Assembly (NCBI GenBank): GCA_041690595.1
Contig: JAWLHB010000008.1
Location: forward strand, 1 to 64,000
Direction: 5' to 3'
DNA length: 64,000 nt
DNA from: Lentisphaeria bacterium
Lineage (GTDB): Bacteria; Verrucomicrobiota; Lentisphaeria; JABSQK01; JAWLHB01
Made by a program: the position numbers and the translations under genes. Positions 49,848-59,312 of the stretch are shown one piece after another (within the stretch, counting starts at the first letter, position 1; each line of letters starts with the position of its first letter). A model generated the notes under the pieces. It saw only the letters and a program-made list of their open reading frames with translations, was not told the origin of the DNA and did no database searches.

Positions 49848-52076
49848 ATGTACTACGATCGCTGCCTGCAGCAGTTGCGCAACTGGTGGCCCGCCGCGGA
49901 AAGATGGTGGCATGTGATCCCGGGCCAGCCCAACCTTGGCTGCTACGGCACCGGCTACAACATGTGGGGCGTACAGACCAACCAGAAGTACCTGGCCGCC
50001 ATGGCCGCGCTGGGCACCCTGCCGGCCGACCATGTCTCGGACGATCTCCGCTCCGCCGCCCGCGAACGCGCTCTCGCCGCGCTCCGCTTCAGCCTCTGGA
50101 GCCACTGCTCCGGCGAAGGCGCCTGCACTGATGGCACCCAGTGGGGGCACACCTGGATCAGCTCCCTCGGCATTGAACGCATGATGTTCGGGGTCCAGCT
50201 CCTTGCACCCTTCCTCGATGACGATGACCAAGACAACCTGCGCCGCATGCTCTGCAGTGAAGCCGAATGGATCTGCGACTCCCACATACGCGGCAGCGTC
50301 AGCGGCGTCAGCGCCGACGTCTGGGCCTCCTCCGGCCGCAACAACCCGGAGTCCAACCTCTGGAATGGCGCCCTCCTCTGGCGCGTTTCCGCCCTTTATC
50401 CCGAGCACGGCGACACCGAGGCCTGGCGGCTGCAGGCCAATCGCTTCCTCATGAACAGCATCAGCGTCGCCGACGATGCGACGGACGAGCGGCTCCTGGC
50501 CGGCCGCGCCATCAGCGACTGGCACGTGGGCGCCAACTTCTTCCCCAACTACGCACTCGATCACCACGGCTACATGAACGTCGGCTACATGGTCATATGC
50601 ATCTCCAACGCGGCCATGCTGCATTATGACCTGGCTGCCCTGGACGAACCTGCCCCGCAAGCGCTCTACCACCACAATGACGATCTCTGGCAGGTCATCC
50701 GGCGCATGATCTTCAACGACGGCCGCCTCGCCCGCATCGGGGGCGACAGTCGCCTGCGCTACACCTACTGCCAGGATTATCTCCTGCCGTCGCTGGTCTA
50801 CGCCGCCGACCACCTGCAGGATCCGGCGGCGACCCATTGGTTGGATGGACAACTGACCATGATCGAGCAGGAATCCGCCGGCAACGCGGATGGCAGCTTC
50901 TATGGCAGCCGCCTCAACAGTCTCCGCGACGAGAGCCCCTATTACTACACCCGCCTCGAATCCGATCGCGCGGTTGGCCTTGCCATGGTCGCCGCCTATC
51001 ACCAGCATGCCGATCTCTCCGTCAAGCCCGATGCCCCCTCTGCCTGTGAAGCCCTGGTCGCCGGCGGCTGGTGCGAACCGGAGTATGGCGCCGTCCTGCA
51101 TCGCTCCCCTACCCGCTTCGCATCCTTTGCCTGGCGCGCCCATGGCTATGCCCAAGGCATCTGTCAACCACCGGACGATGGCCACCTCGCCGATTGGTCC
51201 TACAATCTTGGCGGACGCATCCGCTTCCTTGGCGACAATGGCATCATCGAGGGCGGCCAGTCTCCCCATCGCCTTCTCGTCGAGCAGCAGATCCTTCCCT
51301 TCGATGGCGGCTTTCTCACCTGGGGAACTCTCATCGAAGGCGTCAACACCCTCGTCGCCGAAGGCTGGCGCGGCACCGATCAAGCTCGCCACGAGTTAGT
51401 GATCTGCGCCCTCCCCGACGGCCACACGATGCTGGGCATCCAGCTCTGCCGCGCCGCCGACAAGCGCGTCTACACCCAGGACATCAAGGGGTTGCATCTC
51501 AACCTACCCAACGACCTCTACAACGGCTTCGAACGTTCCCTTGTCACCGCCTCCGGCACGGTCACCCTGCGGGCGCCGGCCGAGAGCGACGGTGTGCTGG
51601 TGCTCGACGCTCGCTGGCTCTCCATCGAGGAGCGTGTGGGCACTGTCGGCATCTACGGCACCGACTCGCTGATGATCAGCCGCTCCACCGAGAGACGCGG
51701 CGGCAAGTTTGCCTCCCTGCATGTCGAGGAGATCTGCTGGCCCTGCCAGACCGAGACACGAGCATGGAATCCGGGCGAGGTCATTCTCGATATCGGCTGG
51801 GGCGTACTCTCGTCAGTCGATGCGAAGACGACCGCCGCGGCGGCCGACTCCGCCCGTCAACTCGACCTTGGAGATGCGTTCAGCCTGCGGGGAATCGTCA
51901 TCCGGGGCCAGGATGCCAAACGCTACGCGCTCGTTACCAATCTGAGCGATGAAGAGGCGCGGATACCGGCGGAATCGCTGCCCGGAGATGCGCCTTGGAA
52001 GGTGGTCGAAAACGGGCGGCGCAAGATCGATCCGCTGCGCCTTCCGCCGAGGTCAGCGCGCTTGTTGCGACAATAG
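49848..52076 (+). CDS. Hypothetical protein (742 aa), possibly a carbohydrate-active enzyme
   Basis: Long ORF with host-like codon usage starting 4 nt after the upstream stop; W/Y/H-rich helical N-half and beta-rich C-half. Confidence 0.8.
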   Translation: MYYDRCLQQLRNWWPAAERWWHVIPGQPNLGCYGTGYNMWGVQTNQKYLAAMAALGTLPADHVSDDLRSAARERALAALRFSLWSHCSGEGACTDGTQWGHTWISSLGIERMMFGVQLLAPFLDDDDQDNLRRMLCSEAEWICDSHIRGSVSGVSADVWASSGRNNPESNLWNGALLWRVSALYPEHGDTEAWRLQANRFLMNSISVADDATDERLLAGRAISDWHVGANFFPNYALDHHGYMNVGYMVICISNAAMLHYDLAALDEPAPQALYHHNDDLWQVIRRMIFNDGRLARIGGDSRLRYTYCQDYLLPSLVYAADHLQDPAATHWLDGQLTMIEQESAGNADGSFYGSRLNSLRDESPYYYTRLESDRAVGLAMVAAYHQHADLSVKPDAPSACEALVAGGWCEPEYGAVLHRSPTRFASFAWRAHGYAQGICQPPDDGHLADWSYNLGGRIRFLGDNGIIEGGQSPHRLLVEQQILPFDGGFLTWGTLIEGVNTLVAEGWRGTDQARHELVICALPDGHTMLGIQLCRAADKRVYTQDIKGLHLNLPNDLYNGFERSLVTASGTVTLRAPAESDGVLVLDARWLSIEERVGTVGIYGTDSLMISRSTERRGGKFASLHVEEICWPCQTETRAWNPGEVILDIGWGVLSSVDAKTTAAAADSARQLDLGDAFSLRGIVIRGQDAKRYALVTNLSDEEARIPAESLPGDAPWKVVENGRRKIDPLRLPPRSARLLRQ

Positions 52077-52219
52077 TTTACACCTTTTTCGGCTCCTTGC
52101 GGCCCTGAGTATTGAGGCCAATAGAGGGATGCGCCACGGCGACAGGTTGCATCCCAGGTGGCGCGATGGTTAGCGTAACAGTACCTCTCTCCCTGTTACC
52201 CTCACCCTGGTTTACCGGA

Positions 52220-54820
52220 ATGCCAATCTTGACTGAACTGGATGATTCCGCGGTCGAATACGAGGCCGACTCTCTTCGGCGTCCCCTGATGATACTCGCC
52301 GGCCTGACCCTCTTTGTCATTGCCATTCTGGCACTGCATCGTCAGTTCACCGCCATCGACTATACACAGCTCGTTGGCGCCATGCGTGCCGTGCAGGGAA
52401 GCCCCCTCGTCATCGCCCTGCTCCTCACCGCTTGCGGCTATACCTTTGTCTGCGGCTACGACCTTCTGGCCCTTTCCTACCTGGATCGCCATCTCCCCCC
52501 TCGCCAGACCCTGATAACCAGCTTCATCAGCTATGCCTTCTCCAACAGCATCGGCATGTCCATGCTCGGCGGCAGCGTGGTTCGTTATCGCCTCTATTCC
52601 GCCTGGGGATTGACGGGATTCGAGATCAGCCGCGTCATCGGCTTCTGCTACCTGACCTTTTGGCTCGGCTTCCTCGCGCTGGGTGGCGCCACCTTTGTCA
52701 TCGACCCGCTGGTCTTGCCTCCCGCCACCAGATTACCCTTTGAAACGGTGCGCCCGATCGGCCTGTTGATGCTTGCCGGCCTTGGCGGGATCGTCATCTG
52801 GATGCTGCGGCGGGAGAAGCCGTTGCGGCTGTATCGCTGGGAGATCCATACGCCCCGCGCCACCATCATCGGTGGCCAGATCCTGGTGGCCTCGCTGGAA
52901 CTTCTCTGCGCCGCCGGCGTCCTCTATGCCCTCCTTTACCGCGTCATACCCCTCAGCTATGGCCAGTTTCTGGCGATCTTCCTGCTCGCCCTGATCATTG
53001 GTCTGATCAGCCATGTGCCTGGCGGGCTGGGGGTCTTCGAGATGATCATGGTCGCCGCCCTGCCGCGGGTGCCACCGGCCCAGCTTCTGGGCGCCCTGAT
53101 CGTCTATCGGCTGGTCTACTATCTTCTGCCCCTCACTCTGGCAGCCCTGGCCCTCGCGGTGCTGGAATGGGAGCGGGCCGACAAGCGGGTGCGCCGAACC
53201 GCTGGCCTCCTGGGCGATGCCGTGCAGGGACTGACTCCCAGCGTCTTTGCCGCGGCCATCTCACTGACGGGACTGGTCCTCTTGATCAGCGGCGTGCTGC
53301 CCGCCGCACCGGCCCGCCTGCAGTTGCTCGACCGTTTTCTGCCCGTTGCCGTCATCGAAGGGTCACACCTGCTCTCCGCCGTCGTGGGCGTACTTCTCCT
53401 TGTCCTTGGCAGAAGCCTCCACCGGCGCCTCGATGCTGCCTGGCTGAGCGCCATCGTCCTCCTCGCCATGGGCTCCCTGCTCAGCCTGATGCGCGACGGC
53501 GGCTACGAACAGGCGATTTTACTGGCCCTGGTCCTTGTCGCCCTTCTGCCCTGCCGCGACGCCTTCTATCGCCGCTCACCGCTCCTCGAAGAGCAATTCA
53601 GCCTCACCTGGCTGCTCATGATCACCGCCGCCATCGGCAGCACCATCTGGCTTGGCCTCTATGCCTATCGCTCCATCGACTACACCTCCCAGATCTGGTG
53701 GGTCTTCGGTCTCGACGCCCATGCCCCGCGCTTCCTGCGTGCTACCGCCATCGCCGCGATCACTCTCCTCGTCTACACCACCGTGCGCCTCATGCAGGCA
53801 TCCAGCCCCCCACTCGATCCCGCCAATGGACGCCTCCTGGCCGATGCCCACCCCATTGTCAAGGCCAACGATCGCGCCGCCGCCAACCTCGTCTTCCTCG
53901 GCGACAAGTCTCTCATCTTCTCCGATGACAACCGAACCTTCCTGATGTACGCCATCTCCGGCCGCAGCTGGATCGCCATGGGCGACCCCGTCGGCCCCGT
54001 CAAGGAGTGGCCCGACCTCCTCTGGCACTTTCGCGAGTTCTGCGAGGAGTACCAAGGCCGCACCATCTTCTATCAAGTCCACCCCGAAATGATCGACCTT
54101 TACCTCGACATGGGCCTCACCTCCATGAAGATCGGTGAAGAAGCGCGCCTCTCCCTCAAGGACTTCACCCTCGACGGTCCCGGGCGACGCGACCTGCGCC
54201 AGATCGCCGCCGGCATGGAGCGCGAAGGCGTCAGCGTCTCCATCGTCCCCCCTGAAGGGCAGCGCCTCGTCATGCCTCATCTCAAGCGAATCTCCGACAA
54301 CTGGTGCCGCGACCGGAATGCCACCGAAAAAGGCTTCTCCCTCGGCTGGTTCAGCCCCGAGTACATCAGCCGCTTTCACCTTGCCACGGTTCGCCATGAA
54401 CGGCGCATCGTTGCCTTCGCCGCCATCTGGCAGGCCGCACCCGGCACCGAGATGGCCATCGATTTCCTCCGCTACGACGACCACGCCCCCGACGGCATCA
54501 TGGAATACCTCTTCATCCAGCTCATGCTCTGGGGCAAAGTCCAAGGCTACAGTTGGTTCAACCTCGGCATGGCCCCCCTGGCCGATCTCGATCAGGATGC
54601 CCTCGCCCCCCTCTGGAACCGCCTCGGCAACCTCGTCTACCGCCATGGCGAACACTTCTACAACTTCCAGAGCCTGCGCCAGTTCAAGGAGAAGTTCGCC
54701 CCCACCTGGGAGCCCCGCTACCTGGTCTTCCCCCGCGACTTCGCCCTCCCCATCGTCCTCTCCGACCTCACCCGCCTCATCAGCGGCGGCGCCACCGCCA
54801 CGCCCCCCACCCACCGCTGA
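52220..54820 (+). CDS. mprF: Bifunctional aminoacyl-phosphatidylglycerol flippase/synthase MprF
   Basis: Many TM helices, GGSVVRYRLYS, VPGGLGVFE, GDKSL, GDPVG, EKGFSLG, FNLGMAPL, FKEKFAP.WEPRYL. Confidence 0.93.
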   Translation: MPILTELDDSAVEYEADSLRRPLMILAGLTLFVIAILALHRQFTAIDYTQLVGAMRAVQGSPLVIALLLTACGYTFVCGYDLLALSYLDRHLPPRQTLITSFISYAFSNSIGMSMLGGSVVRYRLYSAWGLTGFEISRVIGFCYLTFWLGFLALGGATFVIDPLVLPPATRLPFETVRPIGLLMLAGLGGIVIWMLRREKPLRLYRWEIHTPRATIIGGQILVASLELLCAAGVLYALLYRVIPLSYGQFLAIFLLALIIGLISHVPGGLGVFEMIMVAALPRVPPAQLLGALIVYRLVYYLLPLTLAALALAVLEWERADKRVRRTAGLLGDAVQGLTPSVFAAAISLTGLVLLISGVLPAAPARLQLLDRFLPVAVIEGSHLLSAVVGVLLLVLGRSLHRRLDAAWLSAIVLLAMGSLLSLMRDGGYEQAILLALVLVALLPCRDAFYRRSPLLEEQFSLTWLLMITAAIGSTIWLGLYAYRSIDYTSQIWWVFGLDAHAPRFLRATAIAAITLLVYTTVRLMQASSPPLDPANGRLLADAHPIVKANDRAAANLVFLGDKSLIFSDDNRTFLMYAISGRSWIAMGDPVGPVKEWPDLLWHFREFCEEYQGRTIFYQVHPEMIDLYLDMGLTSMKIGEEARLSLKDFTLDGPGRRDLRQIAAGMEREGVSVSIVPPEGQRLVMPHLKRISDNWCRDRNATEKGFSLGWFSPEYISRFHLATVRHERRIVAFAAIWQAAPGTEMAIDFLRYDDHAPDGIMEYLFIQLMLWGKVQGYSWFNLGMAPLADLDQDALAPLWNRLGNLVYRHGEHFYNFQSLRQFKEKFAPTWEPRYLVFPRDFALPIVLSDLTRLISGGATATPPTHR

Positions 54821-54833
54821 AGCCTCTCATCTC

Positions 54834-55892
54834 TCACTCCGCTCGCAGAGAGCTCATGTCGATGACAAAGCGGTACTTCACATCCGACCTGACCATCCGC
54901 TCGTAAGCCTCATTCACCTTCTGGATCGGGATGACTTCGACTTCGGCATGGATGCCGTGCTCACCGCAGAAGTCCAGCATCTCCTGCGTTTCGGCGATGC
55001 CACCGATGAGCGATCCGGAGAGACTGCGGCGCCCAAAAAGCAAAGCGAATGCAGATACAGCCAGGGGCTTCTCCGGCGCCCCGACCAGAGTCAGGTTGCC
55101 ATCGACACCGAGCAAGTTGATATAGCTGTCAATGTCATGATCCGCGGCAATGGTATCCAGGATGAAGTCAAACGAATTTGCCTGCTTCCGCATCGACTCG
55201 TTGTCGGTGGAGATGACGACCTCATGGGCTCCAAGGCGAAGAGCATCCTCTCGCTTGTTCGGCGACGTCGTGAAGACGACGACATTCGCCCCAAAGGCCC
55301 GCGCGAACTTCACCCCCATGTGCCCCAGTCCACCCAGCCCTACCACGCCCACCTTCTTTCCAGGCCCCACCATCCAGTTGCGCATCGGCGAGTAAGTCGT
55401 GATCCCCGCACAGAGCAGCGGCGCAGCCCCCGCCGCATCGAGAGTGGCAGGCACCCGCAACACGAAGCGCTCATCCACAACAATGCTGTCGCTGTAGCCG
55501 CCGAAAGTCACTCCCCCCAGATGCTTGTCCGGGGAGTTGTAGGTCAAAATCGCACTTGGGCAGAACTGCTCCATATTCTCTTGGCAATGGGGACAGCTCT
55601 GGTCCGAGTCGACCAGGCAGCCGACTCCGGCCAGCTCCCCCGCCTTGAACCGTGTGACCGCGGAACCGACTTTGACGATCCGCCCGATGATCTCGTGGCC
55701 TGGCACAATCGGGTAGACGGTGGGCATCACGCTGCTCCACTCATTGCGCACGCAATGGAGATCGGAATGGCAGATGCCGCAGAAAAGGATTTCGATCTGC
55801 ACGTCCCGTTCCGTCGTCTCCCGGCGGGTGATCTTGTCCGGTGAAAGTGGCGACGTGGCGCTGGCAGCGGAGTAGGCTCTGGCATGGTACAT
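54834..55892 (-). CDS. NAD(P)-dependent zinc alcohol dehydrogenase (cinnamyl ADH family)
   Basis: CGICHSD, PGHE, LLCAGITTYSP, GLGGLG, DVKYRFVID. Confidence 0.93.
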   Translation of the reverse strand: MYHARAYSAASATSPLSPDKITRRETTERDVQIEILFCGICHSDLHCVRNEWSSVMPTVYPIVPGHEIIGRIVKVGSAVTRFKAGELAGVGCLVDSDQSCPHCQENMEQFCPSAILTYNSPDKHLGGVTFGGYSDSIVVDERFVLRVPATLDAAGAAPLLCAGITTYSPMRNWMVGPGKKVGVVGLGGLGHMGVKFARAFGANVVVFTTSPNKREDALRLGAHEVVISTDNESMRKQANSFDFILDTIAADHDIDSYINLLGVDGNLTLVGAPEKPLAVSAFALLFGRRSLSGSLIGGIAETQEMLDFCGEHGIHAEVEVIPIQKVNEAYERMVRSDVKYRFVIDMSSLRAE

Positions 55893-56017
55893 GGGTCTTT
55901 GCTCCTATGGCGAAAGGCGTGGTTTTGAAATCCCGGTAGGATAGTCTACCGTCATCTGCCCACAACCGCCAAATCCAGCAAGGCCCAGGCCGCGCAAGCT
56001 CGGAGCCACGCCCATCG

Positions 56018-56515
56018 CTATTGCTTCTGTTCAAGCCCGGCGTAGCGCATGCGTCGCACGGCCCCAACCAGCCCCCGCCTTCCCAGAATCAGCACCAGGC
56101 CGAGCAGCACGCTGACAAGGGTGGCACCCAGGCTGAGCTTCGTGAATGGTGAGATTGGCTGGACGACCGGACCGGCATTCATTCGGGTAACCAGGATACT
56201 TGTCACCTCAGAAGCCAACTTCGGCAAGTTCAGGATCAGCACCACCAGGCCACCCATGAAGCAGGCCAGGTGCTCATAGTCTATGCCCTGAACTGGAGTG
56301 CTTGTCTCCCCTGCTTCGAGTGAAGCTGCAAGTCGTGGTGCCGCCAGCCAGAGCCATATGCCGACCGCGCCGAAGACAAGCACAGGCAACAAGAACAACA
56401 TGAGAGCGGCCGACTTGTTATCCCGAAAGAAGAAAAGCACGTGAGGTTGTTGCAGAGGCATGAGCGCCTGCAAGAAACAATAGATCGCAAGTAGTTTCAC
56501 GCCGCCTTGAATCAT
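56018..56515 (-). CDS. Hypothetical membrane protein (about 4 TM)
   Basis: Four hydrophobic segments; GGGGG RBS-like before ATG. Confidence 0.7.
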   Translation of the reverse strand: MIQGGVKLLAIYCFLQALMPLQQPHVLFFFRDNKSAALMLFLLPVLVFGAVGIWLWLAAPRLAASLEAGETSTPVQGIDYEHLACFMGGLVVLILNLPKLASEVTSILVTRMNAGPVVQPISPFTKLSLGATLVSVLLGLVLILGRRGLVGAVRRMRYAGLEQKQ

Positions 56516-56648
56516 GCTACACCCCCGCTGTTGTTATCCACCGATGACGCCCCGTACGCCGACCACCGCACTGTAGCGCGCAGCCCTCCCGAATCAACCA
56601 GATTGCCACAGTTTGCTCCAAAAGCCAACCGCCATCTTCATCCTTTCG

Positions 56649-57632
56649 TCAGCGCATCAACTCGATGGTGGGCTTCCTGCCTTCGCTCACCACCTCATGC
56701 GCAATTCTGGCAAGAAAAACCCGGTCCTCTTCCGTTATACCCCCTGGCTGCATGGGGAGCGAGTCGACACGCAAGCCGGTGAAGAACTCATACCAGACAG
56801 CCGCCGCCAGATATTTGCCCTGCGTGCTCGCGTGATGAGAGTCGCACTGCAGCACCGGTGGCCCCTCCGCCGGCCGCCGCCAGGACCAGCCGCGATTCAG
56901 TGAGTTGCGATCATCCGGCAACGCCGGCGGCTCCAGCTTGGTGCGATCCGTCGTGGTATCCGGCACAAAGGGACGATCCTCCCGAGCCACCTGAAAGGCC
57001 CACCCCACCGGAATGAGACGCACCCCCAGCTCCTCCGCAATCGTCATGTACGCCGACGTCAGATCCCGATACATAGCCTCCTGATCGTAACCGGGAATAG
57101 CCGCAAAGACTCGGTCGAAGTCCCCATCCGCCCGATAGGCCCACGTCTGATGCAGGACCACTTCCGCCTTCGGCGCATAGTCGAGAATGTACGCCATCAA
57201 CTCCTGCGCGTGCGGACGATAGTTCTCCACATTGTGACTCAACCGGCTCACCTGCTGAATCGTCACCACATCCCAATCGCCTGTCTCCAGCAGATACTTC
57301 AGGCTCACCTGCTCCCGCACCTTCTTGCCCGCACCATCCGTTATCCAAGCCGTGTACGGCTTGCCCGCCGGATCCGTCGGATCCGCTTCATGCAGCCGCG
57401 CCAACTGCACGTGCTTCTCCAGCGACGAACCGCCGATGATTGCCCGTCCGAGAATCAGCCGATGGGCCGCGCTCTTATCCCCCATCTCCTCCAGCAGCGC
57501 AAAGGCATCCACCGTGAAACTGTTACCAACCCCCAGAATCCGTGTCGACTTCGCCCCCTCCTCCTCCTCTGCCGCTGCCATCCACGCCACGCTCACCAGC
57601 ACCAACACCATTGCCAACAGCTTACGCATCAT
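56649..57632 (-). CDS. Exported DUF4886/SGNH-hydrolase-like protein
   Basis: Signal peptide, ILGVGNSF, WDVVTIQQ.S, HQTWAY, D.HHA..G.YLAA. Confidence 0.8.
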   Translation of the reverse strand: MMRKLLAMVLVLVSVAWMAAAEEEEGAKSTRILGVGNSFTVDAFALLEEMGDKSAAHRLILGRAIIGGSSLEKHVQLARLHEADPTDPAGKPYTAWITDGAGKKVREQVSLKYLLETGDWDVVTIQQVSRLSHNVENYRPHAQELMAYILDYAPKAEVVLHQTWAYRADGDFDRVFAAIPGYDQEAMYRDLTSAYMTIAEELGVRLIPVGWAFQVAREDRPFVPDTTTDRTKLEPPALPDDRNSLNRGWSWRRPAEGPPVLQCDSHHASTQGKYLAAAVWYEFFTGLRVDSLPMQPGGITEEDRVFLARIAHEVVSEGRKPTIELMR

Positions 57633-57692
57633 CCGCTCCCCTTCTGATTTTTCAGATCGCCCCCAGCGCAACCGCCGGAGGCCCCCATGTCA

Positions 57693-58928
57693 TTAACGGC
57701 CTTGTGCCTGAATGGCCGCGGCCCGGCCACTCGCTTCGCCGGTGGCGGCCGCATTCCCCGTGACGCGATAGCTGGAGTGAGCGAGGAAATCACCACTAAG
57801 GCAACGCCCGGCAAGAAAAAGGTTATCCAGATCGGCGGCGATGAGCGCGCCAAGGGGGATCTCGTACGGCTGCGCACGACCCACGGCAATGGCGTCCTTG
57901 CTCTTTGCGGGATTGGTCGCATGCACATCGAAGCCAAACGTCACTTCGCAGACAGCATCGCTGTGTCGGGCGCCTTGCCGAAGATCGTCTTCAACAACCG
58001 TATAGCGACCGTGTATGCGCCGGCCCTCGCGCGTACCGATCTGATCGGCGGTCGCGATCAGGTGCAGATGCTTCCACCTGCCACCGCTCGCCCGCAACCC
58101 ATCGACCAGCTTGTGCAACTCGGCGCGCGCCTCGAGCGTGGCCAGCGTCACGTCGTCCGCATTGAAGGCCCTAACCCCGTACTGGTGGTTCCACATGATC
58201 AGGAAGAGCCCCTGGCCCAGATGCGCCAGGAACGGAGAGTGATACGAGGGATCGAGACCGACTCGGCGGAACTCCGCCAACAAGTTGGCCTTTGCCGCAC
58301 CAAGGCCGCGCGCCTCACAAACCAGACGTGTGCAGTCGGCCACCTCCTCCACATCGAGACCTCCGACCACCCCGATCAGACTGAAAGGCTGGGCCTCACC
58401 CGTCTCCGGATTTGCGTACTCCCACCCGCAACCAGACAGCGCGCTCAGATCGCCATCACCGGTAGTATCGACAAATGCTTTCGCCGCCCATGCTTCTCGA
58501 CCGCTCTTGGACTCGGTAACCGCGTGGGTGAGCCGGCGACCATCGGTCTCAGCGGCCACAATTCGCGTGTGCAGCCGTACGCGTACGCCAGCCTCCAGAC
58601 AGAGCTGTTCCAGGATGTATTTGCATACCTCCGGCCTGGTCAGAAAGTGCGCCCCATGCCACTCCCCCCAAAGCGTGGCCATGCGTGCGGTCACTTCGGC
58701 CAGCAAGCCCGGCTTGTTTCTGGCATCCAGAAACCACGACAGCAACCCTGCCGTCCAGATCCCCCCAAGGCAGCCCGCCGTATCGATCAATTGTACCGAT
58801 GCGCCCGCCCGCGCCGCCGAAATGGCCGCCATGACGCCAGCAGGGCCGCCACCCGCCACCAGCACATCCGTGCTCCCGACAACCGGAGTCTCCCGTGCCT
58901 TCTCGTGTAGTTCCCTCTTCATCGCCAT
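57693..58928 (-). CDS. FAD-dependent oxidoreductase
   Basis: DVLVAGGGPAG, LGGIWT.G, FVDTTGDGDL, REGRRI.G, NLFLAGRCLS, ATGEASG. Confidence 0.9.
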   Translation of the reverse strand: MAMKRELHEKARETPVVGSTDVLVAGGGPAGVMAAISAARAGASVQLIDTAGCLGGIWTAGLLSWFLDARNKPGLLAEVTARMATLWGEWHGAHFLTRPEVCKYILEQLCLEAGVRVRLHTRIVAAETDGRRLTHAVTESKSGREAWAAKAFVDTTGDGDLSALSGCGWEYANPETGEAQPFSLIGVVGGLDVEEVADCTRLVCEARGLGAAKANLLAEFRRVGLDPSYHSPFLAHLGQGLFLIMWNHQYGVRAFNADDVTLATLEARAELHKLVDGLRASGGRWKHLHLIATADQIGTREGRRIHGRYTVVEDDLRQGARHSDAVCEVTFGFDVHATNPAKSKDAIAVGRAQPYEIPLGALIAADLDNLFLAGRCLSGDFLAHSSYRVTGNAAATGEASGRAAAIQAQGR

Positions 58929-59312
58929 CGTGTCAACTCCTCATCGTTGTCCGCGGTTCGCCCTCAAGGTACATCCCGTCAGCGAAAAGTCTCACCAACC
59001 GCCCCCAGAAAACGCTGACCGGCCACGTCGGTCAATACGATCCCGGTACCTGGCAGTAGTGGCACGCACGCGGCTGCGACTTCTTTGGCTACGCGTGGGG
59101 CACCTCGCCAGACTTCAAACCGCATCCCTCCTTCGACACCGAAGTGGCAGTCGTGCGCAAGACGTTCCACGCCATCCCCTGATTGCGTCCAGCCTGCGCA
59201 CAGAGTGCCAGGCGGGTTGCCGTCATGGCACTGCATTCGATAAATCCGGTTATAGTAATTCTAAGCTCCCATGCAACCGGAACGTCACGCGTCAATGCCA
59301 GGCAGGTGACAC

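Noticed and set aside
56018..56515. Second integron cassette
   Set aside because: No complementary core sites or attC-like palindrome found around the ORF
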